A stretch of DNA of 64,000 nucleotides from an uncultured Actinomycetota bacterium. GTDB lineage: Bacteria; Actinomycetota; Actinomycetes; JAFAQI01. The notes beneath the pieces were generated by a model, which saw nothing but the letters and a program-made list of their open reading frames with translations, was not told where the DNA came from and did no database searches. Shown here in pieces: positions 39,610-50,510 of the stretch. Made by a program: the position numbers and the translations under genes. Position 1 is the stretch's first letter, and each line of letters opens with the position of its first letter. The stretch covers positions 1,440,001 through 1,504,000 of the forward strand of contig CAVYQE010000001.1 in the NCBI GenBank assembly GCA_963770565.1, read 5' to 3'.

Positions 39610-39807
39610 GTGCGGTTGACGGAGTTCTGGGCCCGGATGGACGAGCAGTTCGGTCCGGCGTACGCCGCATCGGTCGCCCGCGACCAGGTCGTCGCGGGGC
39701 TGGGCAACCGTACGGTCGAGCAGTCGCTGGCCGCTGGGGAGGACCCGAAGACGGTCTGGCGCGCGGTCTGCGAGCACTTCGAGATCGCGGTTTCCCGGCG
39801 GCACTGA
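39610..39807 (+). CDS. DUF3046 family protein
   Basis: MRLTEFWARM..FG..YA...VWRAVC; conserved upstream of actinobacterial recA. Confidence 0.85.
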   Translation: MRLTEFWARMDEQFGPAYAASVARDQVVAGLGNRTVEQSLAAGEDPKTVWRAVCEHFEIAVSRRH

Positions 39808-39865
39808 CCGCCGCGATCCGGATTCGCAGGCGGTGATTGAAATCTCGCGGCGTGTCGGCTTTACT

Positions 39866-39881
39866 TCGAACACCTGTTCGT
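39866..39881. promoter_or_regulatory. LexA (SOS) box upstream of recA
   Basis: TCGAACACCTGTTCGT, one mismatch to consensus. Confidence 0.82.
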
Positions 39882-39990
39882 ACGACTGTGGACAACGCAC
39901 GGCCGTCCACAACCGCCCGGCAAGCACCGAAACTGTCTCACCCCGCCTTTAGCGTCGCCTTTGCACACGACCGAACCCCGGAGGAATCGC

Positions 39991-41062
<1,072 letters not shown>

Positions 41063-41091
<29 letters not shown>

Positions 41092-41584
41092 CCCGGAAGC
41101 GGTCGCCCGGCAGATCGGGCTGAGCCTGCTCGACCGCGCCCCGCGCACCCGCGCGGAGCTGGCGACCGCGATGGCTCGCCGCGGTGTGCCGGAGCAAGCC
41201 GCGACGTCGGTGCTCGACCGGTTCGTCGAGGTCGGGCTGATCGATGACGCGGCGTTTGCCGCGGCATGGGTCGACAGCCGCCACCACGGTCGTGGGCTGG
41301 CTCGCCGAGCGCTCGCCTCCGAGCTCCGGGCCCGCGGCGTGAGTGACCAGGTCGCCAAAGACGCGCTGACCGCAGTGAGCACCGACGACGAGGTTGTTGC
41401 GGCCGAAGCGCTGGTCCGCCGGCGGCTGCGGTCGATGTCCGGCCTGGCGAAGGAGGTGCAGACCCGGCGGCTGGTGGCGATGCTCGGCCGCAAGGGCTTC
41501 GGCGGCTCGCTGGCCTACCAGGCGGTCGCACGAGTGATCGGTGAAGACCGCGACCGTCTGGACGGTGACAGCGTCTCGCCTTAA
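41063..41584 (+). CDS. recX: Regulatory protein RecX
   Basis: [28 protein letters not shown]; overlaps recA end; start uncertain. Confidence 0.88.
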
Positions 41585-41619
41585 CCTCAGGCTTACCTGG
41601 GCGCAGAGAGGGGCGTGTC

Positions 41620-42891
41620 ATGACCGCCCTTGTCATTGCGCTCGCGGTCGTGGTTGTCGGGCTTCTCGTGGTCGTTGCACGCGTGCTGCGGATCCTGACC
41701 CGGCCGGGGGCGCCCGCACCGAGCCCCCAACCGCCCGAGCGCTCGGTCACGGCCGAGCTCGAGCGGGTAGCCGGGCTCACTGCCGCCGAAGCCAAGGCCG
41801 AGCTGCTGAAGGTGGTCCAGACCCAGGCCAAGCGGGACGCCGCGCTGATCGTGCGCGACATCGAGGCGCAGGCCCGCGAGGAGGGCGAGACCCGGGCTCG
41901 AAAGATCGTGACCCTGGCGATCCAGCGAATCGCGGGCGAGCAGACCGCCGAGTCGGTCGTCACGGTCCTGCAGTTGCCGAGCGATGACATGAAGGGCCGG
42001 ATCATCGGCCGCGAAGGGCGCAACATCCGGACCTTCGAGGCGGTCACCGGGGTCAACCTGATCATCGACGACACCCCGGAAGCCGTCCTGCTCTCGTGTT
42101 TCGATCCGGTCCGGCGGGAGGTCGGCCGGCTCACCTTGGAGAAGTTGGTCCTCGACGGCCGGATCCATCCACACCGGATCGAGGAGCAGCATGAACGCAG
42201 CAAGGCCGAGGTCGACGCGTCGTGCCTGCGCGCCGGCGAGGACGCGCTGGTCGATCTTGGCATCACCGAGATGCATCCCGATCTGATCGCGCTCTTGGGG
42301 CAGCTGCGCTACCGCACGTCGTACGGGCAGAACGTGCTGAAACATCTGGTCGAGTCCGCGCACCTGGCCTCGATGATGGCGAGCGAGCTGCGGCTGGACC
42401 GCGAGATCTGCAAGCGGTGCGCGCTACTGCACGACATCGGCAAGGCGCTGACCCACGAGGTGGAGGGCAGCCACGCCATCATCGGCGCGGAGATCGCCCG
42501 CAAGTACGGCGAGTCCGAGGATGTCGTGCACGCGATCGAGGCGCACCACAACGAGGTCGAGGTGCGCACCGTCGAGGCGGTGCTGACTCAGGCGGCTGAT
42601 GGCATCAGCGGCGGTCGGCCCGGCGCGCGACGCGAGTCCCTCGAGCACTACGTCCACCGGCTGGAACGGATCGAGCAGATCGCGGCCGGCCGGCCCGGAG
42701 TCGAGAAGGTCTTCGCGATGCAAGCCGGCCGGGAGATCCGGGTCATGGTCAAGCCTGAGGAGATCGACGATATCGGCGCCGCGGTGATCGCCCGCGAGGT
42801 CGCCAAGCAGATCGAGGAGGAGCTGACCTATCCCGGTCAGATCCGGATCACGGTCGTCCGCGAGTCGCGCGCAACGGAGGTGGCCAAGTGA
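41620..42891 (+). CDS. rny: Ribonuclease Y
   Basis: N-terminal TM, KGRIIGREGRNIR (KH), LLHDIGK (HD), RPGARRE, AMQAGREIRV. Confidence 0.95.
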   Translation: MTALVIALAVVVVGLLVVVARVLRILTRPGAPAPSPQPPERSVTAELERVAGLTAAEAKAELLKVVQTQAKRDAALIVRDIEAQAREEGETRARKIVTLAIQRIAGEQTAESVVTVLQLPSDDMKGRIIGREGRNIRTFEAVTGVNLIIDDTPEAVLLSCFDPVRREVGRLTLEKLVLDGRIHPHRIEEQHERSKAEVDASCLRAGEDALVDLGITEMHPDLIALLGQLRYRTSYGQNVLKHLVESAHLASMMASELRLDREICKRCALLHDIGKALTHEVEGSHAIIGAEIARKYGESEDVVHAIEAHHNEVEVRTVEAVLTQAADGISGGRPGARRESLEHYVHRLERIEQIAAGRPGVEKVFAMQAGREIRVMVKPEEIDDIGAAVIAREVAKQIEEELTYPGQIRITVVRESRATEVAK

Positions 42892-43577
42892 GCTGGAGTC
42901 CGACGGCGGACGAGATCGCCGACCGGTACGCCGATGCGCACACTCGGATCGTGACCCTGGTCGACGGGCTCGGCCCGGACCAGTGCGCCACCAACGTGCC
43001 CGGCACCCCGAGGTGGAGCGTTCGCGAACTGGTGTCGCATCTGGTCGGTGGGCCGGCGGACTTTGTCGCCGGGAATCTCGACGGCGCAGGCAGCGAAGCA
43101 TGGACCCAGGCACATGTCGATGCTCGGCTCGGCCGCAGCATCGCCGACCTGCTCGAGGAATGGGACTCCCATCTCGGCCCGGTCGACAGCGCGATCCGCA
43201 CCGGCGCCATACCGGCGCCAATTGCTTTCGACGTGATCACTCACGAGCAGGACCTGCGCGGGGCGCTCGGTGCCGAGCACGTCCCGGATCCGCTGGCGGT
43301 CCGGTTCGTCACCGGGGGCTTTGCAGAGCGGGTCGACCGGGTGGTGGCCACGGCCGGCCTGGCGCCGGTTGCCTTCCACGACCCGGCCGGTGACTGGTCG
43401 GCCGGGAGTCCGGGTGGGCTGACGGTCGAAGTGTCGGAGTTCGAGGTGTTCCGGTCGCTGACCGGCCGGCGCAGCGGCCGCCAGGTGTGTGCGCTGGCCT
43501 GGAGCGGTGATCCGGCGCCGTACCTCGACCTGCTCTCGCCGTTCGGACCGCTGCGGGAGACCGACGTCAGCGACTGA
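42888..43577 (+). CDS. Mycothiol-dependent maleylpyruvate isomerase-family (DinB-like) protein
   Basis: PRWSVRELVSHL, THEQDLRGAL, RSLTGRRS. Confidence 0.8.
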   Translation: MSWSPTADEIADRYADAHTRIVTLVDGLGPDQCATNVPGTPRWSVRELVSHLVGGPADFVAGNLDGAGSEAWTQAHVDARLGRSIADLLEEWDSHLGPVDSAIRTGAIPAPIAFDVITHEQDLRGALGAEHVPDPLAVRFVTGGFAERVDRVVATAGLAPVAFHDPAGDWSAGSPGGLTVEVSEFEVFRSLTGRRSGRQVCALAWSGDPAPYLDLLSPFGPLRETDVSD

Positions 43578-43627
43578 GCACCTATGCATTGATGCGCATT
43601 GGACAATGATCATCGCGGGTTGCTGGC

Positions 43628-44530
43628 ATGGTCTGCATGCGGATGTTGGTTGCGGGCGCGATGACCCTCGCCGTCGTTGCGGCGATGACGGGTTGCTCGT
43701 CGACGCCGAGCGGTCGCTCGGCCTCGGGCCGGCTCTCGGTCGTTGCGGCGGAGAACTTCTGGGGCGATCTCGCAACGCAGATCGGCGGTGACCACGTCGA
43801 TGTCGTCTCGTTGATATCGAGTCCGGACGCCGACCCGCATCTGTTCGAGCCCGGCACCCGCGACGGCTATGAGGTCGCCCAGGCGGCGGTCGTCATCGTC
43901 AACGGCGCCAACTACGACCCCTTCATGGACCGGCTGCTGGCTGCGACGCCGGCCGCCCACCGCACGGTGGTGCGGGTCTCGGATGTCTTGCACGTCACTG
44001 GGAGTGATCCGAACCCGCACCTGTGGTACGACACCCCCGCGCTCCCTACGGTCGTCAATGCGATCGCTACCGCATTCTCGACTGCTGACCCGGCGCATGC
44101 CGCTGCTTACCGGCGCGGTGCGAGCGCGACGATCGCCGCGCTGCAGCCACTCGAGCGGGCCGTCGTCGGCCTGGCGAACGCCGACGCCGGCGATCCGGTC
44201 GCGTACACCGAGCGGGTGCCTGGTTTGTTGCTCGCCGCGGCGCACCTTCGGGTGCTCACGCCGCTCGGGTTCGCCCGTTCGATCGAAGACGGTACGGATC
44301 CCTCCGCTTCCGATGTCGCCGCGATGCGAGCGTTGATCACCGGCCACCGAATCGACGCCCTGCTCTACAACGAACAAGCCACCAGCCCGGTCACCTCACA
44401 GCTGCAGTCGCTCGCCCGTGCCGCCAGCGTCCCGATCGTCGCGGTAACCGAGACGATGCCGCCCAACGCGACGTTCGAGTCGTGGCAGATCGACCAGGTC
44501 GACGCATTGGTCGCGGCGTTGAAGCAATGA
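43628..44530 (+). CDS. Zn/Mn ABC transporter substrate-binding lipoprotein
   Basis: Lipobox MTGC, DPHLFEP, NGANYD, NPHLWYD. Confidence 0.9.
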   Translation: MVCMRMLVAGAMTLAVVAAMTGCSSTPSGRSASGRLSVVAAENFWGDLATQIGGDHVDVVSLISSPDADPHLFEPGTRDGYEVAQAAVVIVNGANYDPFMDRLLAATPAAHRTVVRVSDVLHVTGSDPNPHLWYDTPALPTVVNAIATAFSTADPAHAAAYRRGASATIAALQPLERAVVGLANADAGDPVAYTERVPGLLLAAAHLRVLTPLGFARSIEDGTDPSASDVAAMRALITGHRIDALLYNEQATSPVTSQLQSLARAASVPIVAVTETMPPNATFESWQIDQVDALVAALKQ

Positions 44531-45327
44531 CGACGGTCGTGCGGCTCGACGGCGTCTCCGCGGGCTACCCGGGCCGGGTGTTGTGGGAAGGTCTCGACCT
44601 GGGTATTGAAGCCGGTGAGTTCCTTGCAGTGCTCGGCGGCAACGGTACCGGCAAGACCACCTTGCTGAAGCTGCTGCTCGGGTTGATGCAGCCGCTGTCC
44701 GGGGCGGTCAGTGTGCTGGGCGCGGCTCCCAGTCGTGGCGATCGCCGGGTCGGCTACGTGCCGCAGCACTCGGCGTTCGATCCGGATGTGCCGGTGCGGG
44801 GTGTCGACCTGGTGCGGATGGGCGCCGACGGGCATCGGTTCGGGCCGCGCCGCGCCTCGGCCGACGTGCGGACCCGGGTCGCGTCGTCGCTCGCGGCCGT
44901 CGGTGCGCAGGCCTACGCCGATGCTCCGGTCGGTCTGTTGTCCGGTGGCGAGCAGCAGCGGCTCCGGATCGCGGCCGCTGTGGTCGACGATCCTGCCCTG
45001 GTGCTCGCCGACGAGCCGTTGCTGTCGCTGGACCTCGCCAGCCAGCAGCAGGTGGCCGAGGTCCTCGACGAGCGACGCCGAGCGGTCGGCGCCGCCGTGG
45101 TCGTGGTGACCCACGACGTCAACCCGGTGTTGCGCCATGTCGACCGCGTGCTCTACCTCGCCGCCGGGCGGTGGGCGGCCGGCACCCCGGACGAGGTGCT
45201 GACCAGCGAGCGGCTCTCCGACCTGTACGGCGTCGAGATCGATGTGGTCCGGGTACGCGACCACATCGTGATCGTCGGAGCACCGGACCAGGCAACCGGC
45301 CCGCACCATCACGAGGGAGCCGGCTAA
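44527..45327 (+). CDS. Metal ABC transporter ATP-binding protein
   Basis: GGNGTGKT, GYVPQ, LSGGEQQR, ADEP, THD. Confidence 0.92.
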   Translation: MTTVVRLDGVSAGYPGRVLWEGLDLGIEAGEFLAVLGGNGTGKTTLLKLLLGLMQPLSGAVSVLGAAPSRGDRRVGYVPQHSAFDPDVPVRGVDLVRMGADGHRFGPRRASADVRTRVASSLAAVGAQAYADAPVGLLSGGEQQRLRIAAAVVDDPALVLADEPLLSLDLASQQQVAEVLDERRRAVGAAVVVVTHDVNPVLRHVDRVLYLAAGRWAAGTPDEVLTSERLSDLYGVEIDVVRVRDHIVIVGAPDQATGPHHHEGAG

Positions 45328-46160
45328 TGTTCGTCTCGTTGCTGCAACAGCACTTCATCCACGTGTCCCTGCTCGCCGCCGGCGTCGCCGCAGTGGTGGC
45401 CGGCTCGCTCTCGCCGCTGGTGATCGCTCGCCGACAGGCGTTCTCGGTGCACGGCATGGCAGAGCTCGGGCTGACCGGCGCGGCCGGCGGTTTGCTGGCC
45501 GGAATCGATGCGGCTACCGGAGCCCTGATCGGTTCGATGACGATCGGCGCGCTGCTCGGGGTCCTCGGGCTTCGCGACCGCGACCGTGATGCGGCGACTG
45601 GCGTCGTTCTCGCGGCCGGCCTCGGTCTGGGCGTGCTGTTCCTGACCCGGATCAACGGCTATGCGACCACCGGGTTCGGGCTGCTGTTCGGGTCGATCAC
45701 CTCGGTGTCGGGCTCGCAACTGCGGCTGCTGGTCGTGGTCGGTGCCGTGGTGATGGCTGCCCTGATCGTGATCTGGCGGCCGCTGTGGTTCGCCTCGGTG
45801 GATGCGGCTGCGGCCGAGGCCCGCGGTGTGGCGGTCCGGACCCTCGCGGTGGTCTTCCCGATCATGCTGGGTGCCGCGGTCGCCGAAACGATCCAGGTCA
45901 CCGGCGTGCTGTTGATCCTCACCTTGGTCGTCACGCCGGCCGCCGCCGCGACCCGACTCTCGGCTCGGCCGGCAGCGGTGCTCGCGCTGTCGATCGCGGC
46001 CGCGGTGATCGCCGCGGAAGGGGGCGTGCTCGCGTCGCTGGAGTGGAACGCGCCCGCATCGTTCTTCGTCTCGATGATCTCCTTCGCGGTCTACGTCCTT
46101 GCTCGGCTGGTGGGTGGACGTCGACGCGGGCGGCGGTTGACCGCACACTTGGAGACATGA
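45327..46160 (+). CDS. Metal ABC transporter permease
   Basis: Multiple TMs; HGMAEL, LLFGSI, TPAAAA. Confidence 0.9.
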   Translation: MFVSLLQQHFIHVSLLAAGVAAVVAGSLSPLVIARRQAFSVHGMAELGLTGAAGGLLAGIDAATGALIGSMTIGALLGVLGLRDRDRDAATGVVLAAGLGLGVLFLTRINGYATTGFGLLFGSITSVSGSQLRLLVVVGAVVMAALIVIWRPLWFASVDAAAAEARGVAVRTLAVVFPIMLGAAVAETIQVTGVLLILTLVVTPAAAATRLSARPAAVLALSIAAAVIAAEGGVLASLEWNAPASFFVSMISFAVYVLARLVGGRRRGRRLTAHLET

Positions 46161-46960
46161 CCGCGCAATCGGCGGCGCCCGTCACCGAAGAGCGGGCTGC
46201 CGGCATCCCACCGAGATGGTTGCGCAGTGAGGTCATCCTCGTCTTCGCCCTCTCGCTCGGCGCCGACGGGTTGCGCGCCCTGGTCCGGTTGATCGGCGAT
46301 GCGACCAGTGGGCAGGCGCTGACCGCGCAGACCGCGGTCCTGAACGGGTCGCAGGCCCCAGGGCGGCCGCTGCTCGACCTGACCCTGCAGTTGGTCTCGC
46401 TGGCCACCGGCGTCGTACCGGTGTTGCTGGTATGGCACTTCCTGATCCGCTCCGGTGAGCGGATGTCGACCATCGGCGTCGACCTGACGCGGCCGAAGAC
46501 CGACGGGTTCAGAGGCGCGGTGATCGCGGCGATCATCGGCGGCAGCGGGCTCGGGCTCTATCTCGCGGCGCACGCCCTCGGGATCGATCTCACCGTTGTC
46601 GCCGAGTCGCTGCCGGTGGTGTGGTGGCGGATCCCGGTGCTGCTCCTGTCAGCGTTGCAGAACGCGGCCCTCGAGGAGGTGTTGGTCGCCGGCTACCTGC
46701 TGCATCGACTGCGTCAGCTCGGATGGGGTGACAACCGGGCCCTGCTACTGAGCGCGACGGTCCGCGGCAGCTACCACCTGTATCAGGGGCTCGGTGGGTT
46801 CGCCGGCAACGCGATCATGGGCCTGATCTTCGGCCGGCTCTACCAGCGCTGGGGCCGGGTGATGCCACTGCTGATCGCGCACACGCTGATGGACGCGGTG
46901 GCCTTCGTCGGGTACGCCGAACTCGCCGGCCACGTGTCCTGGCTGCCGATACCGAGCTAG
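46157..46960 (+). CDS. CPBP (Abi/CAAX) intramembrane metalloprotease
   Basis: LEEVLVAG, SYHLYQG, IAHTLMD. Confidence 0.88.
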   Translation: MTAQSAAPVTEERAAGIPPRWLRSEVILVFALSLGADGLRALVRLIGDATSGQALTAQTAVLNGSQAPGRPLLDLTLQLVSLATGVVPVLLVWHFLIRSGERMSTIGVDLTRPKTDGFRGAVIAAIIGGSGLGLYLAAHALGIDLTVVAESLPVVWWRIPVLLLSALQNAALEEVLVAGYLLHRLRQLGWGDNRALLLSATVRGSYHLYQGLGGFAGNAIMGLIFGRLYQRWGRVMPLLIAHTLMDAVAFVGYAELAGHVSWLPIPS

Positions 46961-46963
46961 CGC

Positions 46964-47347
46964 TCAGTCCCAGCTGGTCGCGTGGGCGGCGAACGCCTCC
47001 GAGTCCTGCACCCGAACCACACAGAACACGGTCTGGGCCGGGTCGCGCATGATGACCCAGCCGTCGAGCCGTTCGACCTCGGTGCCGCCGAGTCCGGTCA
47101 GCCGGGCGACCTCGGCGTCGATGTCGTCGGTCTCGATGTCGAGGTGGATCCGCGGTGCGGAATCACCCACCGCCTGCACCATCAGCTCGACGCCAGGGGT
47201 GGGTTGGCCGAAGGAGGTGTAGTTCGGGTCCTCGGCCTCGATCTCGGCGGGTCGTTCCAAGGCGGCCCCCCAGAACTCCACGGTCCGGGCGTAGTCCGCG
47301 AACGGGACGTCGATCAGCGCGGCGGTCAGCCGACTGCGATGGCTCAT
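46964..47347 (-). CDS. VOC/glyoxalase family protein
   Basis: FWGAAL, RIHLDIETDDIDAEVARL, WVIMRDP. Confidence 0.85.
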   Translation of the reverse strand: MSHRSRLTAALIDVPFADYARTVEFWGAALERPAEIEAEDPNYTSFGQPTPGVELMVQAVGDSAPRIHLDIETDDIDAEVARLTGLGGTEVERLDGWVIMRDPAQTVFCVVRVQDSEAFAAHATSWD

Positions 47348-47709
47348 GAGGTGGGCGCCGGCTGCGGCAGGCGTTGCACGACACAGAAGGTGATGCCGGC
47401 CGGGTCACGCATCACCACCCAGTGATGACTGCGCCCGATCTCGGTCGCGCCGAGCGCGGTCAGTCGCTCGACGTCGGCGTCGCGGTCTTCGCTTTCCAGG
47501 TCGAGGTGCACCCGGCGAGTGTCGTCGCCGGTCGCCTGGACCATGAAGTAGACCCCGGGCGTCACCTCGTCGTACTGGGCGTAGTCGGGGAAGGTCTCGG
47601 TCACCACCGGTGGCTTGCCCAGGGCGGCCGCCCAGAACGCGACCGCGCGTTCGTGATCGGCCTTCGGGACATCGACGAGCGCGCCGGACAGGCGCAAGGG
47701 AGTCGGCAT
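47344..47709 (-). CDS. VOC/glyoxalase family protein
   Basis: FWAAALG, RVHLDLE, WVVMRDPAGITFCVV. Confidence 0.85.
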   Translation of the reverse strand: MPTPLRLSGALVDVPKADHERAVAFWAAALGKPPVVTETFPDYAQYDEVTPGVYFMVQATGDDTRRVHLDLESEDRDADVERLTALGATEIGRSHHWVVMRDPAGITFCVVQRLPQPAPTS

Positions 47710-47774
47710 GTTGATCACCCTGTCATGGCGATCCGACAGTTTCTCGCCGCCGTTATCGACTGGTGGCCGACCCG

Positions 47775-48494
47775 TTACGAGGTCGATTCGGCGGAGGTGA
47801 CGAACAGCGCAAAGCCGTAGCTCAGCCAGGTGCGCTGCGGGTTGCGGTCCAACCAGTCGGCCGCTGCGCCGTCGCGGAACTCGTTGCTGAGCACCGCGAC
47901 CAGATCGGCCCGGTTGGCGAAGCGCCACTGCGAGAGAACGTCGACTCGCCCGGCACCCTGCGCACGCCACCATCGGTCGGTCACGGTCGGGTCCAACTGC
48001 GCGTTGCCCTCGGTGGCGACCCGCAGGATCTCGGCGAACTCACCGTTCGCGTAGTCGTTGTCGATGACCACCAGCGCACCGCTCGGTTTGAGCACCCGGT
48101 GAGCCTGGCGCAAGCCCGCTTCGGCACCGGGACCGAAGAAGTAGGCGAAGCGGGCATGGATGACGTCGATCGAGTCGTCCGGCAGGTCAAGGTGCTCAGC
48201 CGAGCCGGCCATGACCGTGACGTTGCCGATGCCGGTCACCCGCTCCGCTGCGATCATCCGGAGAACCGGGTCCGGCTCGACGCCGATCACGGTTGCCGCC
48301 TCCTCGGCGTAGCCGGGCAGCCAGAACCCGGTGCCGCACCCGAGGTCCACCAGCGTGCGACCGGCCCAGGGCGCGAGGTCGCGCATCGCGGCGAGAAGGA
48401 CGCCGTCGGGATCGATGGCCTGGTTCTCGAGTTCGTACAGCGCCTGCGCGTCGCGGATGTTCGGAGCAGGCATCCAGTCCGCGAACTCGCTCAT
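47775..48494 (-). CDS. Class I SAM-dependent methyltransferase
   Basis: VDLGCGTG, GSAEHL, RVLKPSG. Confidence 0.88.
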   Translation of the reverse strand: MSEFADWMPAPNIRDAQALYELENQAIDPDGVLLAAMRDLAPWAGRTLVDLGCGTGFWLPGYAEEAATVIGVEPDPVLRMIAAERVTGIGNVTVMAGSAEHLDLPDDSIDVIHARFAYFFGPGAEAGLRQAHRVLKPSGALVVIDNDYANGEFAEILRVATEGNAQLDPTVTDRWWRAQGAGRVDVLSQWRFANRADLVAVLSNEFRDGAAADWLDRNPQRTWLSYGFALFVTSAESTS

Positions 48495-48517
48495 GACGGG
48501 TGCACGTTACCGCCGGA

Positions 48518-48700
48518 TCAAGACCGGGCTCCGCGGTAGATGAGCGCGGCGCCAACCCCGACGATGATCGGCCCGAGGATCGTCCAGGTCGCCGTGTTGC
48601 TCATGAAGCTGCCGGCCACCACGCCGACCCCCTGGAGGGTGAAGAGCAGGCCGAGCAGCGCGACCACGATTCCCGAGACGAACGGCAGCGGGCGCTTCAT
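48518..48700 (-). CDS. Small two-TM membrane protein
   Basis: LQGVGVVAGSFMS...W between two hydrophobic segments. Confidence 0.65.
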   Translation of the reverse strand: MKRPLPFVSGIVVALLGLLFTLQGVGVVAGSFMSNTATWTILGPIIVGVGAALIYRGARS

Positions 48701-48759
48701 TCCGATCTCACGAGGCTCGGGGGTCTGCCGGTTCAGGTTTGGCTCCTACCATTGGTGAC

Positions 48760-49488
48760 GTGCTCTCCGAGCCCGGTGCTCGTCCGGATGGCGCACCGGT
48801 GGGGCGGCGCGTCGTACTGAGCCTGCTTGGCCTGGGCGGGCTCGGGATCGTGTTCGGCTCGAAGATCCAGGACGGGCTGGAGCGAGCCCTGGGTCCGCTC
48901 GAGTCGCGCGACCCGACCGGGCTGCTCGGGCTGTTGCCCATTGGCGACACTTTCCGCTTCTACTCGGTCACGCACAGTGTGCCGATCCGGGACGCGGCCG
49001 ACTACCGGCTGCGGCTGTCCGGCCTGGCCGCGAACCCGGCGACGTACACACTGGCCGATCTCCAGGCGATGCCGCAGACCGAGGTGGTGCGCGACTTCCA
49101 ATGCGTGACCGGATGGCGGGTGCCGCAGGTGCACTGGCGCGGGGTCCGGCTCTCGCATCTGCTCGACCTCGCCGGTCCGGCTAGCACGGCGACCGCGTTG
49201 CGGCTGACCTCGTTCGACCGGACCTACAGCGAGAGCCTCACTCTCGACCAGGCCCGCTTGCCGGATGTCCTGGTTGCGCTCGAGATGCTCGACGGACCGG
49301 TCAGCCACAACCACGGCGGTCCGGTGCGGCTCTACGTCGCGCCGATGTACGGCTACAAGAGCCTGAAGTGGCTGTCAGGCATCGAGCTGACGGCGGAGGT
49401 AGTGCCGGGGTACTGGGAGCATCGCGGCTACTCGATCAACGGCTGGGTCGGCGCCTCGAACGGACGTCACGATGAGCCCACCCACTGA
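48760..49488 (+). CDS. Molybdopterin-dependent oxidoreductase (sulfite oxidase/MsrP-like)
   Basis: DFQCVTGW, HGGPVRL, YGYKSLKWL, GYWEHRGY. Confidence 0.88.
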   Translation: MLSEPGARPDGAPVGRRVVLSLLGLGGLGIVFGSKIQDGLERALGPLESRDPTGLLGLLPIGDTFRFYSVTHSVPIRDAADYRLRLSGLAANPATYTLADLQAMPQTEVVRDFQCVTGWRVPQVHWRGVRLSHLLDLAGPASTATALRLTSFDRTYSESLTLDQARLPDVLVALEMLDGPVSHNHGGPVRLYVAPMYGYKSLKWLSGIELTAEVVPGYWEHRGYSINGWVGASNGRHDEPTH

Positions 49489-50119
49489 GCGCGGGCGCGA
49501 GCTGCTGCGCTTCGGCCGGCCGGTGCGCTGGGTTCACGGCACGTTCGCGGCGCTGCTGATGATCTGCATCGCGACCGCCGCGATCCTCTACAACGGCTCG
49601 CTCGCGGTACTTGTGGGCGACCGGTACGTCGTCGAGCAGATCCATGTGTGGAGCGGCTTCGCCCTGCCGGTGCCGCTCATCCTCGGGCTGTTCTCCCGCG
49701 ACTACCGCAACGACCTGGGCCGCCTCAACCGGTTCGCGCGCCATGATTGGCAGTGGCTGCGCTCGCGGGATCGCCGTGACGGTCACTTGCCGGTGGGCAA
49801 GTTCAATGCCGGCCAGAAGCTCAACGCCGCGCTGAGTGCGGGAGCGGTGGGTGTGCTGCTCGCGAGTGGCACGATCATGGACTTCACCCATCTCACCCGG
49901 TTGTCGTGGCGCAGCGGCGCGACGTTCGTTCACGACTGGGTCGCACTCGCGCTCGGGCTGCTCGTCGTCGGTCATGTGATGTACGCGCTGCGTGACGCCG
50001 ACTCGCTGCGGTCGATGCGCACCGGCCGGGTGCCGTTGCGATGGGCGCGGCAGGAGCACGACGAGTGGGCGACCGAGCTGGCCGGGGCACCCGAGGATCA
50101 GGTCGACGCGTCGAGGTAG
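49472..50119 (+). CDS. Cytochrome b/b6-domain membrane protein
   Basis: RWVH, IHVWSG, GKFNAGQKL, FVHD, GHV; coupled to the oxidoreductase. Confidence 0.85.
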   Translation: MSPPTERGRELLRFGRPVRWVHGTFAALLMICIATAAILYNGSLAVLVGDRYVVEQIHVWSGFALPVPLILGLFSRDYRNDLGRLNRFARHDWQWLRSRDRRDGHLPVGKFNAGQKLNAALSAGAVGVLLASGTIMDFTHLTRLSWRSGATFVHDWVALALGLLVVGHVMYALRDADSLRSMRTGRVPLRWARQEHDEWATELAGAPEDQVDASR

Positions 50120-50490
50120 GCCTTCGCGAGCTTGGTAGGCGCGCGGTTGAGCCACGCCTCCACGATCACTTCCTCGAGCTCGGCGGGCGGGATCAGGTCG
50201 AGCGTGATCAGCACCGCCGGGTAGCCGTTGAAGTGGGGTGTGGTGAAGAAGTACTCCGGTTGGGCCGCTACGAGCGCATGCTTCGCGCCTTCGTCCGGCA
50301 CCCGGGCGCCGAGGATCACTCCGCCAGGTGCCGCGTCGCCGAGCGCTTTGAGATCTGAACCGCGCAACGGGCGCTCCCAGACGAACAGCTTGTCGCGCAC
50401 CCGCCAGTGCGCGTGTCCCTCGCGAGAGGTGTGCTCCTCGGTCTCGGGCAGTGCTAGGGCGATCCGGCGTACGTCGTCGAGCCCGGCCAT
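50098..50490 (-). CDS. MmcQ/YjbR-family protein
   Basis: VRRIALALPE, FFTTPHFNGYPAVL, EAWLNRAP. Confidence 0.82.
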   Translation of the reverse strand: MAGLDDVRRIALALPETEEHTSREGHAHWRVRDKLFVWERPLRGSDLKALGDAAPGGVILGARVPDEGAKHALVAAQPEYFFTTPHFNGYPAVLITLDLIPPAELEEVIVEAWLNRAPTKLAKAYLDAST

Positions 50491-50510
50491 GTCCGCACAG
50501 TAGCCGGAGG

